From: Cetorhinus maximus
Lineage: Eukaryota
Assembly (NCBI RefSeq): GCF_964194155.1
Contig: NC_135901.1
Location: 26,474,001-26,538,000, forward strand
Direction: 5' to 3'
Length of the DNA stretch: 64,000 bases
Below the pieces are notes generated by a model. The model had not been told where the DNA came from, ran no database searches, and saw only the letters and a program-made list of their open reading frames with translations. The position numbers and the translations under genes were made by a program. Within the stretch, counting starts at the first letter, position 1. Each line of letters starts with the position of its first letter. This document shows positions 1-9,494 of this stretch, one piece after another.

Positions 1-224
1 TCGGCGGTGACCGGGGGTCTGTCATCAGAAACCCCGCAGCTGCGGCTCCGCTTCATGAAAACGCGCAACCGATGGCTTCGTATTCGGAACTTGAAGCCCA
101 CATTACGTGTTTGTGAAACCTCCCTGTCCGTGCGCCCGCTCTAACCCTCGCCTGCCCGGGGATATTTCTCACCTCCGCGGATCCCACACCACCGCTTCCA
201 TTCGATTCTGGCACCTACACCACG

Positions 225-385
225 CATGCGCGGGGGGCTCCTCATTCACTCCGATTGGTTGGAGGACCGCCAGCTCTCTTTCGGTCCTCCAGCCCCTCCC
301 CCTCATTCACTCCGATTGGCTGGAGGACCAGCCGCACCCATTCGGTCCTCCAGCCCCGCCCCCTCCTCTCTTCCTATTGGTCTGG
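225..385 (+). promoter_or_regulatory. CpG-rich promoter of ZNF gene 1: NRF1-like GCATGCGC, two CTCATTCACTCCGATTGG (inverted CCAAT) units, GC box
   Basis: Motifs read directly. The same unit recurs upstream of other ZNF genes (21815, 34570, 45160-45362 inverted). Bases 1-110 match the reverse complement of ~45530-45625. Confidence 0.7.
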
Positions 386-729
386 AATAACAATCTGCAT
401 CTTCCGGTCTCTCTCCAGCCTCAGCCTGAACCAAAGGCCCAATTGGGAACAGGTGGTTATTCCTGTTTAATTAAAATTACTGATAGAGACATGAAAGATA
501 ATTTGTTGTTTTGAGCCAAGTCACTGGCTTAAGGACAGGAGGAGAGAGAATCTGGAGAGGAGAAAAGATTAAGTAGGAGACTGGACACTGAATCTGGGAC
601 AATGAGCAGAGAGGGAGAGGAGTGTGTGGGATGGAGATTTATAGATTTGGGGGAATGAAAGGGGAAAAATGTTCCATAGAAACTAGAATTGTCTGTTCTG
701 AATTTCAATGCTGTACTGACACATAAACT

Positions 730-964
730 AAAAACAGGAAATGCTGGAAAATGTCAGCAGGTCTGACAGCATCTGTGGAGAGAGAAACAGAGTCGACGAT
801 TCGAGCCCGTACGACTCTTCCTCAGAAGTAGCTCTGAAGAAGAGTCATACGTACTTGAGACGTCAACCGTTTTTCTCTCTCCGCAGAGGCTGTCAGACCT
901 GCTGAGTTTTTCCAGCATTTTCTGTTTTTATTTCAGATTTCCAGCATCCGCTGTATTTTGCTTA
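730..964. mobile_element. Palindromic Penelope-like short element with degenerate hammerhead motifs on both arms
   Basis: Arms ~730-826 and ~834-929 are reverse complements. Each carries CTGANGA-A-GAGTC..stem..GA(G)A/GAA(T)-CGTC. The element is absent from the paralogous intron at 60661-60702. Confidence 0.7.
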
Positions 965-1094
965 TAACTTCTGTAAACTGCTTTTACAGGGGGTTACAGA
1001 GGGACGAGTTCCAGGCGAGAAAAGTCACAGCAAACATCCCGTCCAAATCTGACACAGCCACTCAATTCATCAGGACCTGAATATCGTCGGCCTT

Positions 1095-1315
1095 CACACA
1101 GCGAGTGGTTCGGGTCTGGAATGCACTGCCTGGAAGTGTGGTGGAGCCAGGTTCAATTGAGGCATTCAAGAGGGCATTAGATGGTTATATAAATAGAAAC
1201 AATGCGCAGGGTTATGGGCAAAAGGCAGGAGAATGGCACTAAGTCATAATGCTCATCTGGAGAGCCAGTGCAGACACGATGGGCCGAATGGCCTTCTGCG
1301 TCATAACAATTCTGT
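1095..1315 (+). mobile_element. CR1 LINE 3' fragment inserted in the ZNF gene 1 leader
   Basis: RVVRVWNALPGSVVE..FKRALD coding end plus GATGGGCCGAATGGCCT tail. It splits the paralog-conserved ATCGGCCT|TTGAATGTGGAAGG. Confidence 0.8.
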
Positions 1316-1578
1316 TTGAATGTGGAAGGAGAAATATTTGCCTGTTCTGACTGTGGGAAAAGATTTCAAACATCAGTGTAACTGGAAAAGCACTGAGACA
1401 TTCACACACCCGAGTAGGACTGTTCCAGTGAACTGACTGTGGAAAGAGCTTTAACCAAGTACACAGTCTGAAAACACATCACATTGTTCACAGCGGGGAC
1501 AAACTATACACGTGTTCTGTGTGTGGACGAGGCATCAACTGATCATCCAACCTGGAGAAAGACAAGAACACCCACCCC

Positions 1579-2757
1579 ATGGAGAATCCGTGGGATTGTG
1601 GGGACCATGGGATGGGAGTCATTTCCCCGTTTGAGCTGGGAACTGATCAACTCAGTCAGACTGCGGAGAGACCATTCACCCAGTCCATGTGTGGGAATGG
1701 ACTTACTCAGTTATCTAGTGCATTGACAGACCAGCGAGTTCACACTGGGGAGAGGCCATTCACCTGCTCTGTGTGTGGGGAGGGATTCACTCAGTCATCC
1801 CACCTCACCGAACATCAACTTGTACATGGTGATCAGAAACCTTTTAAATGTTCTGACTGTAAGAAGAGCTTTAAAAGCAAGAAGTATCTGCGAGTACACC
1901 AGCGAGTTCACACTGGGGAGAGACTGTTCACCTGCTCTGACTGCGGGAAGGAATTCGTTCAGTCACACCACCTTCTGAGGCACCAGCGAGTTCACACAGG
2001 GGAGAGGCCGTTCACCTGTCCTGACTGCGGGAAGGGATTCATTCATTCACACAACCTTCTGACACACCAGCGAGTTCACACTGGGGAGAGGCCGTACACC
2101 TGCTCTGACTGTGGGAATGGATTCGCTCAGTTATCCCACCTTCTGACACACCAGCGAGTTCACGCTGGGGAGAGGCCATTTATCTGCTCCGAGTGTGGGA
2201 AGGGATTCACTCAGTCACACCACCTTCTGACACACCAGCGAGTTCATACTGGGGAGAAGCCATTTATCTGCTCCGAGTGTGGGAAGGGATTCACTCAGTC
2301 ATCCAACCTTCTGACTCACCAGCAAGTTCACACTGGGGAGAGGCCATTCACCTGCTTTGAGTGTGGTAAGGGATTCACTCTGTCATACCAGCTTCTGATG
2401 CACCAGCGAGTTCACGCTGGAGAGAGGCCGTTCACCTGCTCCGTGTGTGGGAAGGGATTCACACAGTCATCGAACCTGCTGATACACCAGCGAGTTCACA
2501 CTGGGGAGAGGCCATTCACCTGCTCCGTATGTGGGAAGAGATTCACTCAGTCATCCCACCTTCTGAAGCACCAGCAGGTCCATACTGGGGTGAGGCCATT
2601 CACCTGCTCCAAGTGTGGGAAGGGATTCACTCGGTTATCCCACCTGCTGAGACACCAGCTCGTTCACACTGGAGAGAGGCCATTCATCTGCTCTGTATGT
2701 GGGAAGGGGTTCACACAGTCATCCAACCTGCTGTTACACCAGCGAGTTCACAAATGA
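1579..2757 (+). CDS. C2H2 zinc-finger protein, 12 intact fingers plus 2 degenerate N-terminal fingers
   Basis: 392-aa ORF of CxxC-x12-HxxxH repeats with TGERPF linkers. Closest paralog is 43024-44334. Confidence 0.9.
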   Translation: MENPWDCGDHGMGVISPFELGTDQLSQTAERPFTQSMCGNGLTQLSSALTDQRVHTGERPFTCSVCGEGFTQSSHLTEHQLVHGDQKPFKCSDCKKSFKSKKYLRVHQRVHTGERLFTCSDCGKEFVQSHHLLRHQRVHTGERPFTCPDCGKGFIHSHNLLTHQRVHTGERPYTCSDCGNGFAQLSHLLTHQRVHAGERPFICSECGKGFTQSHHLLTHQRVHTGEKPFICSECGKGFTQSSNLLTHQQVHTGERPFTCFECGKGFTLSYQLLMHQRVHAGERPFTCSVCGKGFTQSSNLLIHQRVHTGERPFTCSVCGKRFTQSSHLLKHQQVHTGVRPFTCSKCGKGFTRLSHLLRHQLVHTGERPFICSVCGKGFTQSSNLLLHQRVHK

Positions 2758-2811
2758 CTGCCAGAGTTGGATTCTATTTGCGCTGGCGTTAGTCACATCC
2801 AGGACTGAACA

Positions 2812-3060
2812 TGTGGGTTAATCCTGAGGTGTGTAAGAAATGTGTCCCAGTCGCTCTCTTCCATGGTTCAGAACTCCTAGACACAGAACAGAAAGCTCCT
2901 TTACAACTGGGTTTAGAGTCAGGAAGAACAACGGTGAATGCTGGAAACGGGCTGTCAGATCAGATTGGTGTAAAACTGTGATCTGTTCCTGACTGAGAGT
3001 GAAACGGCAGGTTTAAGTTTCCAATCTGAAAATGACTGATTATTATGGTACGAGGATTTA
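2812..3060 (+). repeat. Conserved ~240-bp module downstream of ZNF genes
   Basis: Copies at ~40840-41090 (-), ~42980-43190 (-) and ~47940-48170 (+). Confidence 0.85.
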
Positions 3061-3099
3061 AAATGGTTGAGTGACATTCCTGAGTTGACTATTTTAAGG

Positions 3100-3638
3100 C
3101 AATAACAACAACAAGTTGCATTTCTACATGGAACATTTATAACCGCTCACTCTCACCTTCCATTGACTTCAATGTGATGGAAACTGATAGTTGGAACCTG
3201 TCAACATTTGAAAGATATTTACAAATGATTGGAGGGTTTCTGACAGTTGGGATCTTCCTCTGTTCTGCCCACTTGAGGTGTTCGATAACAGACTTTCTCC
3301 TGTGAATATCGAGCTGGAGTATTGGGCTGTGATGTGTTCCCTTGTTCATCTTGTTGACTCTAAATATTGAATCTTGTGGTTTCAGACACCAGATAATCAA
3401 GCTCACAACAACAATTTTTTTTTCTGACTTTATTTACAGCATTGCAATCATACAGACAGAGTAATTCCTTGTATGGTAATGGTCCTCAATTAAGTACTTG
3501 AATGATGAAACTTATATGTACTTCAGAGCCTGTATCACAGGAATGGTGTATTGGTCTGTAATCTTAATATAATTTTAATTCAATATTCCCTTCTTTTAAT
3601 ATTACGTTCACCACTTACCTGCTGAATTTGTTTGTCTA
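3100..3638 (+). repeat. Segment duplicated in inverted orientation at ~40262-40800
   Basis: Direct sequence match, also shown by near-identical shadow ORFs 3137-3406(-) and 40495-40758(+). Confidence 0.85.
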
Positions 3639-3639
3639 C

Positions 3640-3990
3640 TGTCAGGAAGATATAATAATTTTCATAATGTTATTGAAATTTATTATAAAGAAGAGTAATA
3701 GTGTGTGTGTGTGACTTAATTAAATTAAAGATAGCTGGTCTGAAGGCTTTGATGGAACAGAAGAAAGGCTAGGCTTGAATGTTAAGTAGGTCAATATAGG
3801 TGTAAAGAGAACATTTGCATTTTTAAATAAACCAGACCAGGTTGATTTCAAAGGACGGGTGAAATATTTCACCTCGGCAGAGGGAGTTAAGAAACAGTGT
3901 GTTTATTTTTCCCAACGATATCTGGTAAAATTGGTACTATGAGAGATTGTTAATATTAGAGAGGTAAAGCCCAAAGACTTTAGTGAAACA
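3640..3990 (+). mobile_element. Probable 5' LTR of a Gmr1-like Gypsy element
   Basis: Begins TGT where homology to the 40.3 kb paralog stops and ends ACA just before the PBS. Confidence 0.6.
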
Positions 3991-3994
3991 AAGT

Positions 3995-4013
3995 TGGGGG
4001 CTCGTTGCGGGAT
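3995..4013 (+). other. Primer-binding site, tRNA-Pro type
   Basis: TGGGGGCTCGTTGCGGGAT versus canonical tRNA-Pro PBS TGGGGGCTCGTCCGGGAT, 4 nt after the LTR end. Confidence 0.8.
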
Positions 4014-4139
4014 ATATTTGAAATTCCTTGATTGGTTTGCAGTTGATGAACTTTAAGGTTATGAGTACGAGAAGCACTTTGAATTCAGGAGTTGGTGTGA
4101 GGTTTTTTTTGATGTGCTGAGACTGCAGCACATCAGCAC

Positions 4140-4860
4140 AACTGCTTTGGCCGTTGCTCAGAGTTGTCTGGGAGCTGAAGTTGTAACTTTGGCTGGTTTA
4201 CAAAAGGTAACTAAAGTTAAGTTAATGGCGGAGAAGTTACAATTGGGATTACCTGCAGGGTCAAAGAAAGCAGACATAATTGAAGGTGTAGCACAGCATT
4301 TAAAGTTGGAAGTGATACCTGACACTAGTGAGTCACAGCTGGAGGCGTGATACTTTGGCTAGAAATGAAGAGGCTTGACCTTGAACAAAGCAAAGGGAAT
4401 GAAAAAAACTTGAGCTAGAGGCAGAAGAGAAAGAAAGGGCAGAGAAAGAAAAATAAAAGGAGAGAGAAAGGGCATTTCAAAGGGAGCAAGCAGAAAGGCA
4501 AGAGAAACAAAAGAAGCTGGAACTGGAATTCCGGGCAAGAGAGAAAGATCAAGAAAGAGAGGCAAGGGAGAGAGAGAAGGAACGAGAAAGCTGGAAGTTA
4601 AAAAAAAGGATCTCAGATTCTGAGGAAAGTTCTGATGATGAAAAAACTTTTCACCTGAAACCCAGTTTGAATTTGTACAAGCTCTTCCGAAGTTTCAGGA
4701 AAGAGATGTTGAAGCATTCTTCATTTCATTTGAGAAGATAGCTGAACAGATGAAATGGCAAAGGAGAACTGGACATTGCTGTTACAATCCAGGGTTGGTG
4801 GGTCGAGCACATGAGGTTTAAGCTTCACTGTCAGAAGAAATGTTGGTGAACTATGATGTG
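4140..4860 (+). mobile_element. Gmr1-like Gypsy gag, 5' part (degenerate)
   Basis: LPKFQERDVEAFFISFEKIAEQMKW..WTLLLQSRL capsid N-terminal motif after a charged coiled region. Interrupted by CR1 at 4861. Confidence 0.75.
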
Positions 4861-7800
4861 GCCCTTCGAGCCTGCTCCGCCATTCATTATGATCATGGCT
4901 GATCATCCAACTCAATAGCCTGCTCCTGCTTTCCCTCCATATCCCTTGATCCCCTTCGCCCCAAGAGCTATATCTAACTCCTTGAAAACATACAATGTTT
5001 TGGCCTCAACTACTTTCTGTGGTAGCGAATTCCACAGGCTCACCACTCTCTGGGTGAATAAATTTCTCCTCACCTCAGTCCTAAATGGTCTACCCCGTAT
5101 CCTCAGACTGTGACCCCTGGTTCTGGACTCCCCCACCATCAGGAACATCCTTCCTGCATCTACCCTGTCTAGTCCTGTTAGAATTTTATAGGTTTCTATG
5201 AGATCCCCCTCATTCTTCTGAACTCCAGCGAATATAATCCTAACAAACTCAATCTCACCTCATATGTCAGTCCCGCCATCCCAGGAATCAGTCGGGTAAA
5301 CCTTCTCTGCACTCCCTTGATAGCAAGAACATCTTTCCTCAGATAAGGAGACCAAAACTGCACATAATATTCCAGGTGTGGTCTCATCAAGGCCCTGTAT
5401 AATTGCAGCAAGACATCCCCGCTCCTGTACTGGAATCCTCTGGCTATGAAGGCCAACATACCATTTGCCTTCTTTACCGCCTGCTGCACATGCATGCTTA
5501 CCTTCAGCGACTGTTGTACGAGGACACCCAGGTCTCGTTGCACATTCCCCTCTCTCAGTTTATAGCCATTCAGATAATAAACTGCCTTCCTGTTTTTGCT
5601 ACCAAAGTGGATAACCTCACATTTATCCATATTATACTGCATCTGCCATGCATTTGCCCACTCACTCAGCTTGTCCACACTGAAGCATCTCTGTATCCTC
5701 CTCACAGCTCACCCTCCCGCCCAGCTTTGTGTCATCTGCAAATTTTGAGATATTACGTTTAGTTCCCTCATCTAAATCATTAATATATATTGTGAATAGC
5801 TGGGGTCCCAGCACCGATCCCTGCAGTACCCCACTAGTCACTGCCTGCCATTTGGAAAAAGACCTGTTTATTCCTCCTCTTTCTTTCCTGTCTGCCAACC
5901 AGTTTTCTATCCATCTCAATACACTACCCCCAATCCCATGCGATTTAATTTTACACGCAAATCTCATGTGGCACTTCTCGAAAACCTCTGAAAGTCCAAA
6001 TAAACCACATCCACTGGCTCTCCATCATCAACTCTACTAGTTTCATCCTTGAAAAATTCCAGTAGATTTGTCAAGCATTTTTTCCCTTTCGTAAATCCAT
6101 GCTGACTCTGTCCGATTCTGGCACTGTTTTCCAAGTGCTCAGCCATTAAATCGTTTATAATGGACTCTAGAATTTTCCCCACTACCAACGTCAGGCTAAC
6201 TGGTCTATAATTCCCTGCTTTCTCTCTACCTCCCTTTTTAAATAGTGGGGTTACATTAGCTACCCTCCAATCTGTGGGAACTGTTCCAGAGTCTATAGAA
6301 TCTCAGAAGCTGACCACTATTTCTAGGGCCACTTCCTTAAGTACTCTGGGATGTAGATTATCAGCCCTGGGGATCTATCAGCCTTCAATCCCGTCAATTT
6401 CTCCAACACCATTTCTCCACTAATACTGATTTCTTTCAGTTCCTCCCTCTCACTAAACCCTGTGTTCCCCACCATTTCTGGTATGTTATTTGTGTCCTCC
6501 TTTGGAAAGACAGAACCAAAGTATGTATTTAATTGGTCAGCCATTTCTTTATTCCCCATTATAAATTCCCCTGTTTCTGACTGTAAGGGGCCTACATTTG
6601 TCATCACCAATCTTTTCTCTTCACATACCTACAGAAACACTTACAGTCAGTTTTTATGTTCCCCGCAAGCTTACTCTCGTACTCCATTTTCCCCTTCTTA
6701 ATCAATCCCTTGGTCCTCCTTTGCTGAATCTTAAAGTGCTCCCAATCCTCAGGTCTGTTGTTTTTTCTGGCCAATTTGTATGCTTCTTCCTTGCATCTAA
6801 TACTACCTCTAATTTCCCTTGTAAGCCATGGTTTGGCCACCTTTCCTATTTTACTTTTGCACAGACAGGAATAAACAGTTGTTGCAGCTCACCCATGCGC
6901 TCTTTGAATGTTTGTCAGTGCCTATCCACTGTCATCCCTTTAAGTAATGTTTCCCAATCCATCATAGCCAACTCGCGCCTCATACCATCGTACTTTCCTT
7001 TATTAAGATTCAGGACCCTAGTCTCAGAATCAACTACGTCACTCTCCAACTTGATAAAGAATTCTATCATATTATGGTCGCTCATCCCCAAGGGGCCTCG
7101 CACAACTAGGTTGCCAATTATTCCTTTCTCATCACACAAATACCCAGTCTAGGATGGCCTGTTCTCTAGTTGGTTCCTCAATGTATTGGTCCAGAAAACC
7201 ATCCCGTATACACTCCAGGAATTCCTCCTTTACGGTATTGTTACTAATTTGATTTGCCCAATCTATATGCAGATTAAAGTCACCCATAATTACAGATGTT
7301 CCTTTATTGCATGTGTCTCTAATTTCCTGTTTAATGCCATTCCCAACATCGGTTTGGGGGTCTGTATAGAACCCCCACTAAAGTTTTTTGCCCCTTGGTG
7401 TTTCTCAGCTCTAACCATACAGATTCCACATCGTCAGAGCTAATATCTTTCCTCACTGTTGCGTTAATTTCCTCTTTAACCAGCAATGCAACTGCACTGC
7501 CTTTTCTGGGGAGGAGGGAATCCCCAACTGTCAAAGTACGCTCTTTCGTGCATGCACGCAAAAGAGCACACTGCTCCCTGAGGCAAAGTCTTGGAGTTTA
7601 GTGAAAGGTAAGTAAAGTCAAAAATTAGAGACATGTTAAAATTATTAACATGTCCCCCTCATGTGACAATGTCACACGAGATGGGACATGTTGATAACAA
7701 ACTCATAAAATTTATTAAATTATTACAAAACGGTAATGAAACTTCATCGTTCCAGTGGATGAAGTTTCATTAATAATCCACAGGCCGCTGGGGCTGCAGC

Positions 7801-9470
7801 CTGCCCGCCAGCCTTAAGGTTGGCCAGGCAGGGCATTTAACTATCTTAATGAGCCTGTCAATGGCCTCAATTGGCCATTGACAGGTCAGCCGGCAGACAG
7901 CTGATTTCCCTGTCCGCCCGTCTTTCTTAAGATTTAAATGGCCTGGGATGACGTCTGGGATTCCTCCCGACCTCATCCCGTGTCATTTACCCCTCGGCGA
8001 TCGGGCCCCGCCCCCAAATCGCTGAGGGGAAAATCCTGGCCAATATCTTTCTTCACTATTGCGTTAATTTCCTCTTTAACCAGCAATGCAATTCCACCGC
8101 CTATTCCTTTTTATCTGTCCTTCCTAAATACTGAAATACCCCTGGATGTTCAGTTCCCATCCCTGGTCACCCTGCAGCCATGTCTTCGTAATCCCGACTA
8201 TATCATACCTGTTTACATCTATTTGCGCAGTTAATTCATCCACTTTATTGCGAATGCTCTTCGCGTTAAGGCAGAAAGCCTTAAGGCTTGTCTTTTTAAC
8301 ATAACTTGTCCCGTTCCCACTATTTTTCACTGAGGGCCTGTTTGATCCTTGCCCTTGATTTCTCTGCCTATCACTTTTCTTATTCCCCTATCTGACTTTT
8401 GTCCTTGTCCTTGATTCCCCCTCCTCTGACTCCTTGCATAGGTTCCCATCCCCCTGCCATTTTAGTTTAAACCCTCCCCAACAACTTTAGCAAATATTCC
8501 CCCTAGGACATCAGTCCCGGTCCTGCCCCAGTGTAACCCGACCAGTTTGTACTAGTCCCACCTCCCCCAGAACCGGTTCCAATGTCCCAGGAATTTGAAA
8601 CCCTCCCTCTCACACCATCTCTTCAGCCACGTATTTATCTGATATATCCTGCTATTTCTACTCTGACCAGCATGTGACACTGGTAGTAATGCTGAGATCA
8701 CTACCTTTGAGGTCCTACTTTTCAACTTACTTTGTAACTCCCTATATTCTGCTTTTAAGACCTCATCCCTTTTTTTAACTATGTCGTTTGTACCAATGTG
8801 TACAATGAGCACTGGCTGTTCACCCTCCCCCTTCAGAATGCCCTGTAGCTGCTCTGGGACATCCTTGACCCTAGCACCAGGGAGGCAACACACCGTCCTG
8901 GAGTCTTGTTTGCAGCCACAGAAATGCCTATTCCCCTTATAATTGAATCCCCAATAATTATTGGATTCCCACACTTTTTACTCCTCCCCTGAGCAGCAGA
9001 GCCAACCGTGATGCAACAAATTTGGCTGTTGCTGCTTTCCCCTGAGAGGCCATTCCCCCCAACAGTATCCAAAGCGGTATATCTGTTTTGCAGGGGAATA
9101 GCCATAGGAGATTCCTGCACTGCCTGCCTAGTCCTCTTGCTCTGCCTGACGGTCACCCATTCCCTTCCTGCCTGTGGACTCTTAGCCTGCGATGTGACCA
9201 CCTCTCTATATGTGCTATCCACGATACTCTCTGCTTCGCAGATGCTCCACAGTGTCCCCAGCTACCGCTCCAGCTCCGAAACCTGGGCTTCCAGGAGCTG
9301 CTGCTGGAGACACTTCCCACACACATGCTGGCCCCGGGCACTGGACATGTTCCCGGCTTCCCACAAAGAGCAGGAGGAGCATACAATGGCATTGAGCTCT
9401 CATGCCATGACTTACCCCTTTAAATTAAATTAAACCCTTTGGAAGATACTTAATATCAAATAATGTCAAT
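4861..9470 (-). mobile_element. Near full-length degenerate CR1 (HER1-like) LINE
   Basis: Minus-strand ORF1 SGNH esterase (VHIGTNDI..VVISALLP), endonuclease (CLNAKSIRNK, SDHN), RT (QGSVLGPQLF, FADDTK) and 3' tail at 4861-4920. Confidence 0.92.
7507..8041. mobile_element. Hairpin-rich non-autonomous DNA-transposon-like fragment (possibly Harbinger) within CR1
   Basis: Non-CR1 insert ending GGAAAATCCTGGCC with four internal palindromes. Flanked by a ~64-bp duplicated CR1 stretch (7442-7506 / 8042-8106). Confidence 0.5.
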
Positions 9471-9494
9471 TACTCAATTATTGAGTCATATCAA

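Noticed and set aside
107-514. ORFs over GC-rich promoters (also 21828-22683, 34777-35181, 58021-58388)
   Set aside because: Chance open frames in CpG-rich DNA, mostly with non-ATG starts.
1538-3060. Selenocysteine recoding of conserved TGA codons with a SECIS in the 3' module
   Set aside because: TGAs sit at Arg(CGA) positions rather than Cys, some equivalent stops are TAA, and I found no convincing AUGA/GA SECIS core.
3137-3406. Conserved 87-89-aa ORF also at 40495-40758
   Set aside because: Non-ATG start, no recognisable domain, and explained by recent segmental duplication.
5403-9433. Plus-strand ORFs over CR1, and alternate-frame ORFs over ZNF arrays elsewhere
   Set aside because: Antisense or frame shadows of real coding sequence.
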